A stretch of DNA of 64,000 nt from Eledone cirrhosa (lineage: Eukaryota). Both the position numbers and the translations under genes were made by a program. The stretch lies in assembly GCA_964016885.1 (NCBI GenBank), contig CAXHJY010000830.1, forward strand, positions 1 to 64,000. The letters are read 5' to 3'. Positions 14,176 through 27,370 of the stretch are shown piece after piece; position 1 is the stretch's first letter; each line of letters begins with the position of its first letter. A model generated the notes under the pieces. It was not told the DNA's origin, did not search any database, and saw only the letters and a list, made by a program, of their open reading frames with translations.

Positions 14176-15462
14176 CTAATAAAATAAAATGAAAAGAAGA
14201 GAAATATTTTTTGCTGAATCTCCTACTATATGACAACCAATACCCAAATATGCTGATCCTATCAATGCTTTTGAAATTCAATAATTCGGAAAAAGATTTT
14301 TTTTTTCTGCTAAATATTCAAGTAAAGGAATATGACAAAACATTCCCATATATTAGAACACTGGAACACACAGAAGCTTAACACATCGATGCAATTCTAT
14401 GACAATTGTTATTGATCAACTTCACCTTTAGCACAAGATCGAAAATCAAGAGATTATTTTAGTTTTTTGTCTACATCTGAAATTGTAGATACAATACTAC
14501 ATTTACACTTCACAAGACCTATCAGTTACAGAAACTGCATAATCTATTTACAGCTTTTTTTGGTGAGAAATATAAGATAATACTGAACTAAATATATCTG
14601 AAAATATACATTTGTATCACATTCATATTTATGGATATATGTTTATGACTTATTGCCATTTATGATACGAGAGAGAAAAAGAGATGAGATGAAAAGGAAA
14701 AAAAAAAACACAGAGTAAAAAAGATAAGAAAATAGAGGGTGTGAGAGAGCAAGAGAATAATAGATAAAACAGTTTGTGATAAATACCTGTCTTATGAAGA
14801 AAAAAAAAACATCGTATTTCGAGGATTAAAGAGAAAAAATAATGACTCATATACGTAAATCAATAAAGAATTTACTTTGTAGAAATTGTTATTAATAAGT
14901 ATTTACAAGTAACTCTAAAGAAAATTGTTTCACTATTAGTTGAAAATGACTTTAACACAGTGAACAGTACAGTTATTCCAAATATATTAAATTCTTCAGA
15001 AGCACCGACTCATAAACACTTTTGAAACACAAAGGTTACCAGTAAGTTGAAACAAAATTGTCAGATTCAAAATGTGAATACATGAATATGTTAAACATTT
15101 TACAAAAAAACAAAAAGAATCAGCAAACAAAAAAAAACAAAAAAAAACACACCAAACACACGGGGGGGGGGGGGGGGGGCAAAACCTCTGATTTTAGGTC
15201 ATGAACTGACTTCTAAAACAAATACTAATATGATACTTAATGATCTGATCTCAAAACAAGCTTAGAAAATCTGCCAGCTAATTAGTTGCTTGGTGAACAG
15301 GGGGGACAAATGAACTGCATCTGAAACAGTAACAGACACCAACAAATGGATATCATTAATTAAATCATGACAATGTGTCCCTTTCCAACAGACATGATAA
15401 ATTAACCAGCACAGACTGCTAAACAGGTAGTTTATGAGGAACTGGTATATTATGAGATACAG

Positions 15463-16422
15463 TACTTTTTCTTCGCTAGCTTATTCCTGGGAAGATCCTG
15501 TCAGATGTAGCTCTCTCCAAATGATTTAACTGGATTCATTCCAAAGTAAGACCAGCCAAGCTCATAGATGTTATCCAAACATCTTGCTCAAGGTCTACTC
15601 CTGGGTCTCCTGCCAGTTGGTTTTGCCCATAAAATCTGTGCAGCGATTGTTTTCTTAGACATTCTCATCGCATGTCCCTAGTATCAAAGATGTGATCTAT
15701 CAAATTGTAGAAGTAGTGACTCTATAAAAAGCGACTCTCTGATCACCATGCTATGCACATTATTGAGTAATGTTACTTCAAAGATCCTTCAGAGGAACCC
15801 CATTTCGGCTGCATGTATTTGCAATCAGATTTTTTTGCTCATTACCCAAGATTCATGACCATTGGAAAAGCTTGGCATCAATACCGAATTAAAGAGAGGG
15901 AGCTTTGCTTTTGCACCTATCTCTTGTCATGACTAAATGCAGAATCTGGTACACTAAATATTACTGCACAAACTCCTGCAATTCTTGAACTTAATTCAGC
16001 CTCTTGCTTTAGTCACCCGTGAAAAGTCCTGACATATTTGGACTTCTGCACCTGCTTCAGTGGAACTCCCCTCACATGCAGAGTGCACTTCACAGGCTTC
16101 CTTGATAGGATGAGTGTTTAAGTCTTTGCAGCATAGATTTTCATTTCTACCATGCAGCACTCAGCAGCAAACCTTTCAAGTGCATGTCAGAGATCACCTT
16201 CTGATGAATCAAATAATACCATGTCATCTGTAATTTCTAGCCGACTGATTCTACACCTGCCAGTCGTGAAACCACTTCAAACCCAGCTGCACATGTCAAT
16301 CCTGTCCATGAAGTATGAGATTGATGGACAGCTTCATGTTGCCTTGCAGTCTTTATACAAATGCCCTAGTATTTGTATTAAGATAAATGGTGTTAAGTTG
16401 AAACCATTCAAAGCGGGTGTCG
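15463..16422 (-). mobile_element. RTE-clade LINE (family 2) with 5' inversion and 9-bp TSD
   Basis: - strand 16310 to 15463 encodes a decayed RT (MDRID...LEITDDMVL...LERFAAEC...LKQVQKSKY); + strand 16311-16422 encodes the upstream RT block KYEIDGQLHVALQSLY...PFKAGV; GAGATACAG at 15454-15462 and 16423-16431. Confidence 0.85.
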
Positions 16423-16519
16423 GAGATACAGCTTAACTAGGAGAAATGTACAGAAATTGGAGATATTTTAAGGCAGTGTCTATTCAGAAAGATAGAAAAC
16501 AAAGAACTGCTGACTATTT

Positions 16520-16720
16520 CTGTTAGTGCCACGATAAGATGTACCCAGCACACTCTGTAAAGGATTGATGTTAGGAAGAGCATCCAGCTGCAGAAACCAA
16601 GCCATGACTAGGACATGTGTAAGTATGATGTCAAGGAGATCATGAGCTCCAATTAAACACTGAATTGGTCTGCCCAAGCCATGCAATATTGAAAGACATG
16701 TAAAATGTTTATAATGATAT
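16520..16720 (+). repeat. RTE 3'UTR-derived SINE-like repeat
   Basis: CACACTCTGTAAA..GTTAGGAAGAGCATCCAGCTG matches the 3'UTR of the 50766-53000 element; ends in the shared terminal motif. Confidence 0.65.
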
Positions 16721-19239
16721 ATGTCCATATATGTGTATATATGTGGCCATACATACACTATGATGATACATATATGTGTGCACGTGTGTGTTCATATATA
16801 TATACACACACACACAGACACACATATATATATATATGTATGTAAGCATTTGAAAGAGATAATTTTGGCTTTTAGGAATTTCAGTTTGAAGATTTATTGT
16901 TCAGAGAACAAAACTAAGTAAGATAAGAAAAAGAGATTGTGCCTTTCAGCATGAACAACATAGATTATCAATAAAGCTATTACTTTCCAACAGTTAGTCT
17001 ACATCACAATAAAAATTATAGTTCGACAAAGGCTATCTTTGCGAAATGGATAGGAGAGCATTAAAAGTTGCATAAACAATTGGTGACAAGGAACATAGCT
17101 TAAATACATTTAGAATATTCAATAATTGTGAAGTTAGTTAATATTCCGAGGCCAGACACAATCATGAAATCTATCTTGATATACTGTTCTCTATCTGTTA
17201 TTAATAACCCATTTTCTAAGACAGGTATTACAACCTCAATTTATATGCTAAGGAAGATTATCTAAAATTATCACCATCATCAAAATCACGATATCAACAT
17301 CACCATCAGCAGTCAGTCACCTCAAACATTATAAATGACATGTATATATGTACATACTTTTTTTTATTTATTTGATATATGTTTAAGAATTTTAAATATT
17401 AGCTATACACACAGTAGAATTTACAACTTACAAAATTATTCGGTTCTTATTTCCAATGCAATCTGTCTAATTGTTTAAAAAAATTGAAAGAAAAATTTTT
17501 TTTTTTTAAAGTAGTGATTGAGAAAGGTTGAATATTTTAGAAAAATATATTGCAGCCAATGGTAACTTCTTTTTCTGTTTTTAAGAATCTTCAACCTATA
17601 ATATAAGCTATTTTATAGCATCTCTGTGCATGAGCACAACATTCTTTATATATAAGGGGGAATCTCATGTTGCCAGATTAATTCTTCCTTGCAGCAAAAT
17701 AAAATGAAGAATTTATGATGAGTTTCGGTATTCACAGAAGAGGAAGTATTTTTGAAGGGAGAAAAATATAGATATATACTATGCAGCTAGTGGAGAGTGT
17801 GAAGAGAAAAGAGATTTAGGAGCCCAGTCAATAATAAGGGGGAGATAAGGCTGAAGTGAGGAGTGATTGATGTGACACAGGAAATAAAGGATCAAATCAT
17901 CATTATCACCACTGAACATCTGACTTCCTTGCTAGCAAGAGTCAAACAGGTTTTCACACACTGAATGAGTACTCAAGCAGAGCTGCTGCCCTCTGTAGAG
18001 CTGCTGTACCAGGGTTCTACATAACACTTGCATAGGTTCTTGCACTAAATGAAGAGTATTTTATCTTGGCACCAGCACTAGGAAGGGTATCATGTATTTG
18101 ACAAAACTGAAGAAACTTCCAGTTTTTTCTTTGGAAGGGTTTCTATGATTGGATGATAACAATTAATAGAGCAATATAAAAAAAAGACCTAAGTAGAAAG
18201 ATGTGGCAATAGAATTAAGTAATAATGCAGTATGATTTCATCAATGATGAAGCAATAAACCATTTACTTTTTACTGCTACATGATATTTGGTAACCAGAA
18301 AAATAATATACATAACCTTGGACTGAGAAAGATTATTGCTAAAGACTCTTTGAGATGTTCAGGAAAGTTTAGTTATATGTTTTTCATTTATTACTGAGTC
18401 AGGACAAAGTAGACCAAAGTTTGATTTGAACTCACAACATTAAAAAAATATATGACAAGTTATCCTGTTTAACATTCTAATAAGTACAGCAGGATTTGAA
18501 CTTGGAATACGAGCCAAAATAAATACCACAGGACATTTTGTCTAACACTAGCATTTCTGCCAATATGTAAGTCTCACTTCAATAATTTCTACAGTACAGA
18601 GTGCAAGAGAGTTGAAAGTACAATAAAATTAATTTTAGTTTCTGCAGCCAGTGACTGTGTGGGAGACATTACATAAAACAACCAAGAAGAAAATATTACA
18701 AGTTCATGTGGAACATTTCAAAGTCCCAGAGGGAAAATTACAAGTTGTTAATTACATCAGATACAACACATGGGGATGCCTGGATTCTTTGTTTTGTGGT
18801 TCATTCAGTCTACATATCAGACAGCTCTTCCTTTGACCTACTGAAATTCAATTAAATGTTGAATTAATGTTTTTAATTGGATTTTATCTCACTACATGGT
18901 CAAGTGAAAATGCACTCAGTTGTGTGGTTGCCAACAAGAGAGACTGCTGGTATCTTCAGATGAATACAGCCTTAATATTTATTTGTTTTCCTCTTACTTA
19001 GAATAGTGGGCTGAATGAGAAATATACACACATCTTTTCAGCTACAAACCATTCGACTGGCTTCCATGTAGTTTCATTGACAAAGGTTAGATTGACCCAT
19101 TCAATGTTATAGTAGAAGACACTTGGCAACAATGTCGCATATTGGGATGAAACCTAGATTTCAAAGTAAAATTCTTACATGTGACCTTCCTTGGACGAAA
19201 GCATTTACTAGAGTTTTTGATTATTAAAACACTAATTGT

Positions 19240-19490
19240 GCTGGTGACATGACAAAAAACAACCAGTCCACACTGTAAGTGGTCATGTTGGTGAACAACA
19301 AAAACCATCCAGTCCACACTGTAAATGCAGTTAGCCTTAGGAAGAGCATCCAGCTGTAGCATCCTAGTCAGAAACAGTTCTGTATGAGCAAGACATGGTC
19401 ATCTGATCTGACTTGTCTCGCAACAGGACAACTCGTCTAACCCATGCTAACATGGAAAATTTGACACTAAATTGTGATGATGATGGTGTT
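19240..19490 (+). repeat. RTE 3'UTR-derived SINE-like repeat
   Basis: Duplicated CCAGTCCACACTGTAA, then TTAGGAAGAGCATCCAGCTGTAG, ACCCATGCTAACATGGAAAA and a (TGA)n tail. Confidence 0.75.
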
Positions 19491-22459
19491 TTAATATATG
19501 CCATGTCAAAGGTCCCTGTGAAGTATAAGAACTGTCTGGCACCAGTTTTCATTTTGTATCCCCAACAGTTTCAATGTACTTGCAATTTACCTAGGGCACT
19601 AAAATGTTCAACATCTCTGAATTGGTATGCAACCTAAGATATGAACTATAACACTCTTGACTAGTCTACTTGATCATCTGAATTCACAGACCGCGATAAA
19701 ATACTATTCATATAATCTTAATATTAATTCATCATATAGCTTATTTTATTCTTTAACTATGCAAATTATACTGGCCAAAAACTATTATTAACTCTTTTCC
19801 CATATGTAAGAGTTTTTGCCAAATTATGAGGCAGGCTTGATTAGACATTATTGTAATAAGGTCTAATAGACTGAAATATGTACATAGCTGCTCCATACAG
19901 GCAAAGACATTGACATAATCTCTCTTTCTAATTGACTCTGTGACAGCTATTGTTGGGGTTTTGCTTTCTGTCTGACATAGTTAATGTTCATTTCCATTAT
20001 GATTTCTTTTTTGCATATGGTATTCATACCATTGATCCATTTGAATAATTTCTCTTATATCATTAAATTTATATCAGATGAATTTAGATAAATTCAAAGG
20101 AAAGAATAATTTTAAGGATCTTATGAAAAGAAAAAATAAACAAAGCAGAAACTAGCAAAATTCTAGGAAAATTAATGCAGATGGAACTTTGTTCTACCAA
20201 ATATTAAAATAGTATAAACTAAAAATGAAAGAAAAATGAAAGTTTTATTCCTACCATAAAAGAAAATTCCTACTCTTGAAGAAAGAAAAAAAAAAGACAT
20301 TGATTGAACTGGTAGGTGAATTAAATTATTTTAAAGTCAATGTAAAATTTCTGATATTAATCAAGAGAAAATTCAACACATTCCAAAAATTTGCATATAG
20401 TTTTCATACATTTCAAATGTAATATTATCCAGCAATTCCAAGGAGATATTAACTATGATAAATATAGTTCTGTTAAGATAAAACAAAAAACAGTAATAAT
20501 TGTTATTCTGAAGCTGAATGCATAAACATTTTCAAAATTGCCAATAATGATTTTCATCTCTTGCTTCTGATAATGTCATTTCTTTACACAATCAATCTTG
20601 TAATATTTCTTGGTACAGTTTGCCAAAATGACAGATAACCCAATTGAAATAATTAAGTTGTGTAGTAAAAAAAATTATAAGATTGCAAGAAATAATGTTA
20701 AGTATATGAAAAACAAACTAACTTTTTCTCTATTTCAAAACCTCTATTATATATAGCAACCAAATTTTAGCCTAACATCAAACTATTATTATAACATTTA
20801 CTTATTGAATATATCAAAATGATTTGTAGCTCATTAAATAAAAATGGTTATTATAGTTATCAATATCATGACCATTGGACAGAAAAGTAAAGCCTCTCCA
20901 AATAGCTTAGTGATACTTGTTTTCATTTTTCCTGTTTCAACTAGTAGGAAGGAGAAAAGAAGGTATTCTTAAATTGGAGACCTAGCCCAAATACCTACAA
21001 GAGAATGGACTCTGCTAAAGGCACTGAAAGGCCAATTAGAGACATTAAGCTAGACAGCTAGCCACAGAGAAATTTGAACTTGGAATGCAAAGTGCTAGAA
21101 CAAGTACTGAGAGACATCTGAACTGATATTCTAGTAATTCCACCAATCCATTGCCCTTAGGCAGTGATTTATTTTTTGAAAGCTCTCCTCCCCCAGCCAT
21201 CACCAGCTGGCCAACACCAAAGGGATAAAAGTCACTGCTGACTTCAATAGAATTTGAAGTCAGAGCAAAAAGGATGAAAAGTAGCATGTGTATTAGCCAA
21301 TGCTTCATAAGTTTAAAGTTTGAATCTGGCTAGGGTCAACCATTCTACTAGCTAACTTCATCTTAATTTCAATTAATTAATATATTAGCTATTATTATTG
21401 AAATCTATAAATATCATAGCTCCAAAACTAAACACATAGTAAATTATGTCAATTGAAAACACTTATTGCTAATGTCAATATCCTTTAAACTACATGTTCT
21501 AAAATACATTTAACCTTATGAAAAACTTCCAAGTACTTAGAGTATTTTGAAGCATGTTTAAATGGATTATACTTTTATGTAAATTTCTGCCATTGAACTT
21601 CTGGCAGAGTTAATTCTTTAAACAATAAAATTTACATGTCTCAAATTTGTTTTACTTGCATACTCCCTACTTGTCCTTCATTTTGCAAAGAAACATCTTT
21701 CAGGAATTCAAGAGAAATTTCAATAAGAGAAATTGTTTGTAGAACCTTTAATAAATATCTGCTCTTTCCTGTGAAAGAATACACCTTAAAAGCAGATAAT
21801 ATTTTAAGTCCTATTTAAATTAATAAAGTCCTGGAGGAAGAAGTGGATGAGAAGTGAAGCAGATAAATAGTTCCAGGCAGAGTAATGTCAGTGTGAAAAC
21901 AAATACTTCAAAGAAAATGAAGTAATTTCATAAAAATTCCCACATACATGTTATTGAGTGGGCATGTGTAGGTGTGTGTGTTTCTATGTGCACATTCATA
22001 CGTATATGTTTCTATATCTGTGTGTTCAGATGTGTTCGTGAGAGAGGGAGAATGTGTGTATTTGTGTTCATATGTGCACAATGATACATACAAGTGAATA
22101 AGAGCAAGTGTGCATGTACACACTCACACACACGCAAGTAAATAGGCAAGCATTTGCATGTGTTTGAACATGCATACTCATACATTCATGAGTGTGTGAA
22201 TCTGTATCATCATTATAATTATTTAATGTGTGTGTATGTATTTGTATGTTAACATCATATAAGTATATGTGTGTGCATTAGCAGTATGTTCATGTGTGTG
22301 AACAAAAGGAAGAATGACTATCACATGAATTATTCTAAGAGACCATTATATAGTTAATATCAAAAATATTTACATGTTAAAGATGAAGGAACATTGATGT
22401 AAACATATAATGTGTGCGTACACATGTTTCCAACCTATGGAAAATGTGAAAAATTAGAA

Positions 22460-22778
22460 TGGTATATATATGTGTGTATGTATCTATTTCTCTCTCACTC
22501 TTTGTATATACATACAAATACACACACACACACACACACATATATATACACATACACATATATATATACACACATATATACACACACATACATATATATA
22601 CATACAAATACACACACACACATATATATATATACACATATATATATACACACATATATATATACATACAAATACACACACACATATATATATATACACA
22701 TACACATATATATATACACATATACACACATACATATATATATATATATATGTATATATATATGTATATATGTATGTG

Positions 22779-22816
<38 letters not shown>

Positions 22817-22996
22817 CACACACATACATATATACATATATATATACACATACATATATACATATATACACATACATATATATATATATATACACATACA
22901 TATATACATATATATGCACATACATATATACATATATATGCACATACATATATGTATATATATGCACATACATATATGTATATATACACACACACG
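22460..22996. repeat. ~540-bp compound (TA)/(CA)/(TG) microsatellite array
   Basis: Nearly pure alternating purine-pyrimidine sequence; source of the many spurious Y/I/H/T/V/C ORFs. Confidence 0.95.
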
Positions 22997-23814
22997 CATA
23001 AAAAGCGCATTTCTTGTGTATGTGATCATGTGTATATATTTCATACATATATTGATTTTCATGATATATATACTGTGGTATTGAATAACATTCTATATCT
23101 TCAGCAGCAGATTTCTCTTCTATGCATCAGTAATGCAGAAAGAAGGTTGAGTAACACAGAGTTGCATGAAATAAAGAAAGCAAAGAAGAAAGGAGTCGAT
23201 GTAGCAAACGAAATTCTCTCACAATGTGTTTCTGTTGATTTTATAGGAACAAAACAAATTTATATTCTATCTTCAAGCATGCAGAATATCAAAATTCAAT
23301 TTAACATACATGAAAAAAATTATATATATATAAAATAAATAAGGCTTATACATAAGCTATTGCAAATTAAAACTGTATTCCAATTTATTTTTACTTATTT
23401 TTTAAAACTGAGAATGAAATTAAATTAGCTGGATTTCTAAGCAGACAACAAAACTAAGAAATATAATGAAGAACTTTAGAATGTCTGTTTTTTATTCAAG
23501 TTAACTTAGTTGAGCTTCTCATTGAGGCTAATCTATTCATATAGATCTAATTCATCCCTTCTAAGATGATCATATAACCTATTTTACTGCCATAGGAAAT
23601 GTTTGTTTAATAAGATAGCTATACACACATGAAATATGCAAATGGACATCGGAATCATTCTGCATCAATTCCATATCATATATATGGCCAATAAATAAAA
23701 GGAATGAGCCTAAGATATTTAACCAACTAAAATTATGAACAAACTATTCAAATGACAAATATAGAACTGGATAAGCTACAATATTAACAATGGTTGTTAT
23801 ACATACATTTTGAC

Positions 23815-24192
23815 CAGTCTGGCTGTCTGCATTACGTCACTTCCCTGAGGATGTCTGTCTCTGTGTGTGTGTGTGTCTGTGAGTTTGAATCCCTAAAACA
23901 CTAGAAGTACCCAACCGATTTTTTCAAACTTTACATGTGTATTACTTATGTTTCAGGGAGTGTTATGCACATAAAAAAATTCAACTTTTTGAACTCCTAG
24001 GGCCCGCATTAGGTGAAAACCTGCTTTTTTCCTGCTTCATCAAGGAAAATCTTAAAGATTATCTAGCCATCAGAGTATTTGGTTTATTTTCTTTACATAT
24101 TGTCCAGGCATGCAGTTTTTCCACGATTAGGTCTGTTGGCGGCCCGCCTTCCAAAATACCTTATCCCGTGCAATGCTGGGTACCACTGCTGG
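23815..24192 (+). mobile_element. Non-autonomous Helitron-like element
   Basis: GTCT/GT microsatellite, then the AACCGATTTTTTCAAACTTT motif; subterminal hairpin-like CCCGTGCAATGCTGGG (24165-24180); ends CTGG|T (CTRR). 5' TC end not identified. Confidence 0.6.
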
Positions 24193-24234
24193 TATATATA
24201 TATGTGTGTGTGGATGTGTATAAATGTGTGTGTG

Positions 24235-24275
<41 letters not shown>

Positions 24276-24282
24276 TATATAC

Positions 24283-24409
24283 ATTTTATTAAGGCTAAAT
24301 AATAGTGAGTCTTGAAATTCAAGAGTTACAAGACTCACTATTATTTAGCCTTAATAAAATAATATTTAAACTTTACTTCAGTATTGAGTACTCTTTTCTC
24401 TCAACCATC

Positions 24410-24412
<3 letters not shown>
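24283..24412. mobile_element. Fold-back hairpin element in a (TA)n run, probable Penelope-like remnant
   Basis: Perfect 32-bp inverted arms 24283-24314 / 24329-24360; AGTATTGAGTACTCT at 24380-24394; (TA)n on both sides. Confidence 0.55.
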
Positions 24413-24444
<32 letters not shown>

Positions 24445-24519
24445 TTCCTTAATTCAAATTAAGGAAATTAATTGGCATCACCTCAATCAATAAACTTGTG
24501 TAAACAGGATTAAACACTC

Positions 24520-25130
24520 CACATCAGTTGTACATTTCTATCTATGAAATGGGATCACGACTTGATTAGCAGTGGAGCAAAGTGCTCTGAGAGCATCAGA
24601 GCTAGAATAATGATAGGATGGAAAAAGGTTTAGAGAGCTAGTGCCACTGTTGATAATGAAAAGTTTCTCCCTACATATAAACAAAGAACTGTACAATGGC
24701 TGTGTGTGATGTATAAAGTTGCATGTTAGTGAAACATGGGCTGTGACACCAGAGAACATGCATAGGCTGAAGAGAAATGAAGCAACCATGCTTCGTTGGA
24801 TGTTCAATGTAAATGTGAGAGAAAGGCTGAGCTTGGATGAACTGAGGCAGAAATTGGGTTTAAGATGAATGAGAATTTGGTGCGGACATGTGATGTGTAT
24901 CGATGATAGTCACTTGGTAAAGAGGTGCCAGGAGATCCCAGTGGCGGGAAGCTGCAGTAGAGGTTGACCAAGGAAGACCTGGACTGAAGTAGTTGGAACT
25001 AATCTCAAATCACTGAGATTCACAGAGGAGAGGATGAAGGAATGTGGTGAGTGGGAACATGCTGTGCTGAAAATAACCCATCCAACCCATGCAAGCATGG
25101 AAAAACGGACTTTAAAATGATGACAATGAT
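24520..25130 (+). mobile_element. RTE LINE 3' fragment, short-3'UTR subfamily
   Basis: Decayed FRELVPLL...LHVSETWAVTPENMHRLKRNEATMLRWM...PRKTW; terminal ACCCATGCAAGCATGGAAAAACGGACTTTAAAATGATGA. Confidence 0.85.
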
Positions 25131-26591
25131 ATAGCCTCAATTTAATGTCTATTTTCCATACTAGCATGGGTTAGATATATATATGTGTGTGTGAGAGAGA
25201 ATTAACATATAGAGAAAGGCAGAAAGTTTCAGTTTATTACAATGCACACCCACACGTGTGTGTGTGTGTATGTGTGTGTGTGCTAACAAAGTGTAGAGAA
25301 AGGCAGAAGAGTTTCCATTTATTGTTCATATTTCAATAGTATTACACAAATTACACAGATGTTGAGTGAGCAGCTGTTGTTCAGTGTATTTCCACAATGA
25401 AACTCCACACATCAGTTTTGCGAAATGCTATTATTCTTTTCAGAAGTAACAGCCAATGAAATTTGGTATATTTACTTGTTAAGTGCAGTCAGTTAAAACC
25501 ATAGAGTATATACTTAGGTGTTGCAATTTAACTCATTGTAAATATAAAAGATATGATGAACTGCCTAAGTTAGAATTTAAAAGAAGAAAAAATACACTGT
25601 CAATATCTTCCCAGCATCCAATGTTCTTGAAATATATTAGTTCCTTTGTGATAGGCCAAAAAGACTTATATAACTTCGATCTGCACTACATAAACACTAT
25701 AGTAGCAAAATGAAACACAGACACACATTCACAAATTCCTTTCAAAAATATGATGGATACAAATAATAACATTTTGTTAATGGCTGCATTAAAAACAAAT
25801 ATTGGATCTTGTCAATGACATAGTCACAAACCCCAGGGGGCTTATATTACTGAAGTTCTAATGACAGGTCCCATTGCTATAAACTGTCAACAAACTAATA
25901 TACATCACATGGGTATATCATTAATGAAACAGAAAAAGACAATGCAAGTATATTAAAAAAAAAAACACTCACACATTCATACAAAGATACAGTGTAGAGA
26001 AGCTGGTGCTAGGCATTGTGTCAACCATAAGAATCATACCAAAAATGGAATATACATGTAACATGTGATCCAGTAACTCTAAGAACTGACTCCGATCATG
26101 GGATCCACCCAACTCATGCTAGCATGGAAAGTGAACATAAAATGATGACAATGACAAAGCCATCACACTCATACGTCTGTGTGGGTGGGTGTTTCTAAAT
26201 TTGCATGTACATATAAGAAGTATTCTATACTTGCATATGTAAGCATTTGTGTCTTTGTGTGTGCTTAAGCATTTGAATTTACAAACCAGGTAGAAATTTC
26301 TCAATATAAAAACTAAGTGTAATTATAGAGTGTAGTTCTCAGAGTAATCTGAATATCAGAAATAATATTACTGGTCATGGAACTGAAACGTTTTCAGCTG
26401 TGTGATCAACAAAAATATTGACAGAATTCAAAACGATAATGGAGAGGGATCACAGCATTACAATAAATATAAGTATACAAATATTACGTACACATAGACA
26501 ATCTCTTGGACATTTATGAAACGCTGAGAGGATAAAGTTAATATAAAGAGTAGTGTGCTCATGTGTGAAGATGCAATGAAGTAGCTTAGAA

Positions 26592-26678
26592 AATAGGATG
26601 AAGAGCCTTAAAGACAGAAAAAGATGTCATCAGCTGATGGCAACTTTTTTTTCCATCTTTAAGGGTCTCCACCCTATT
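26592..26678. repeat. Imperfect 87-bp palindrome
   Basis: Arms 26592-26633 / 26634-26678 centred on CAGCTG; 7 substitutions and a 3-nt bulge. Confidence 0.8.
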
Positions 26679-27221
26679 CTATTCAGGTTCTTAGCATTTT
26701 GAGTTAACATCTTACTATGGTCAATTTTCTTTCCATTCTCTCTCTCTCTCTCTCTCAATCAGCAAAACTGCACTGTGAAGGCATCACGTAGCCTCAAGAA
26801 ATGGAGGGTTTAGTGAGGTGATAGTAACCACTTATTTAACATTCAGCAAAACCACCCAAACAAAACCAGAGATTACAGGTATGGCTTGACCATTCTACTG
26901 TAGCACAGAATTGTCTGATGTGTATATATGCATGCATAAGCACACGCACAACATACATTGGCTTTTAATAAATAGCTTCTCATTCAAAATTATGTAAAGA
27001 TAGATAAGTTGTCCCAACAAAACAGAGAGGTATACTATGCTACCTTCATATTAGTAAAAGCAATTCTTCTTCCAAGGAATTAATGATAATGCTTTACAGG
27101 GTTCTAAAATAATACTACCATATTCCACCCTATCAAATTTCATCAGAATACTTTTAGAGCTGTAAAAGCTATGTTCAGATAACTAAATCACTAGATATGG
27201 AACTGTGCATTATTTTCTATT

Positions 27222-27370
27222 CATCATCATCATTGTTTTTACATCTGCTTTTTCGTGCCTGCATGGATTGGATGGGTCTTTCTCAGCATAGCATTCCTTC
27301 CACAACTCCTTTGTGAGTCTCAGCGATTTGAGGTCAGGTCTCACCACCTCTACCCAGATCTTTCTTATTT
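27222..27370 (-). mobile_element. Short RTE 3' fragment, short-3'UTR subfamily
   Basis: (CAT)n tail, TGCCTGCATGG terminal motif and KKIWVEVVRPDLKSLRLTK-like C-terminus. Confidence 0.7.

Noticed and set aside
22377-23338. Six long ORFs of 171-308 aa
   Set aside because: Translations of the TA/CA microsatellite; the unique tail ([20 protein letters not shown]) has no convincing donor site or recognised homology
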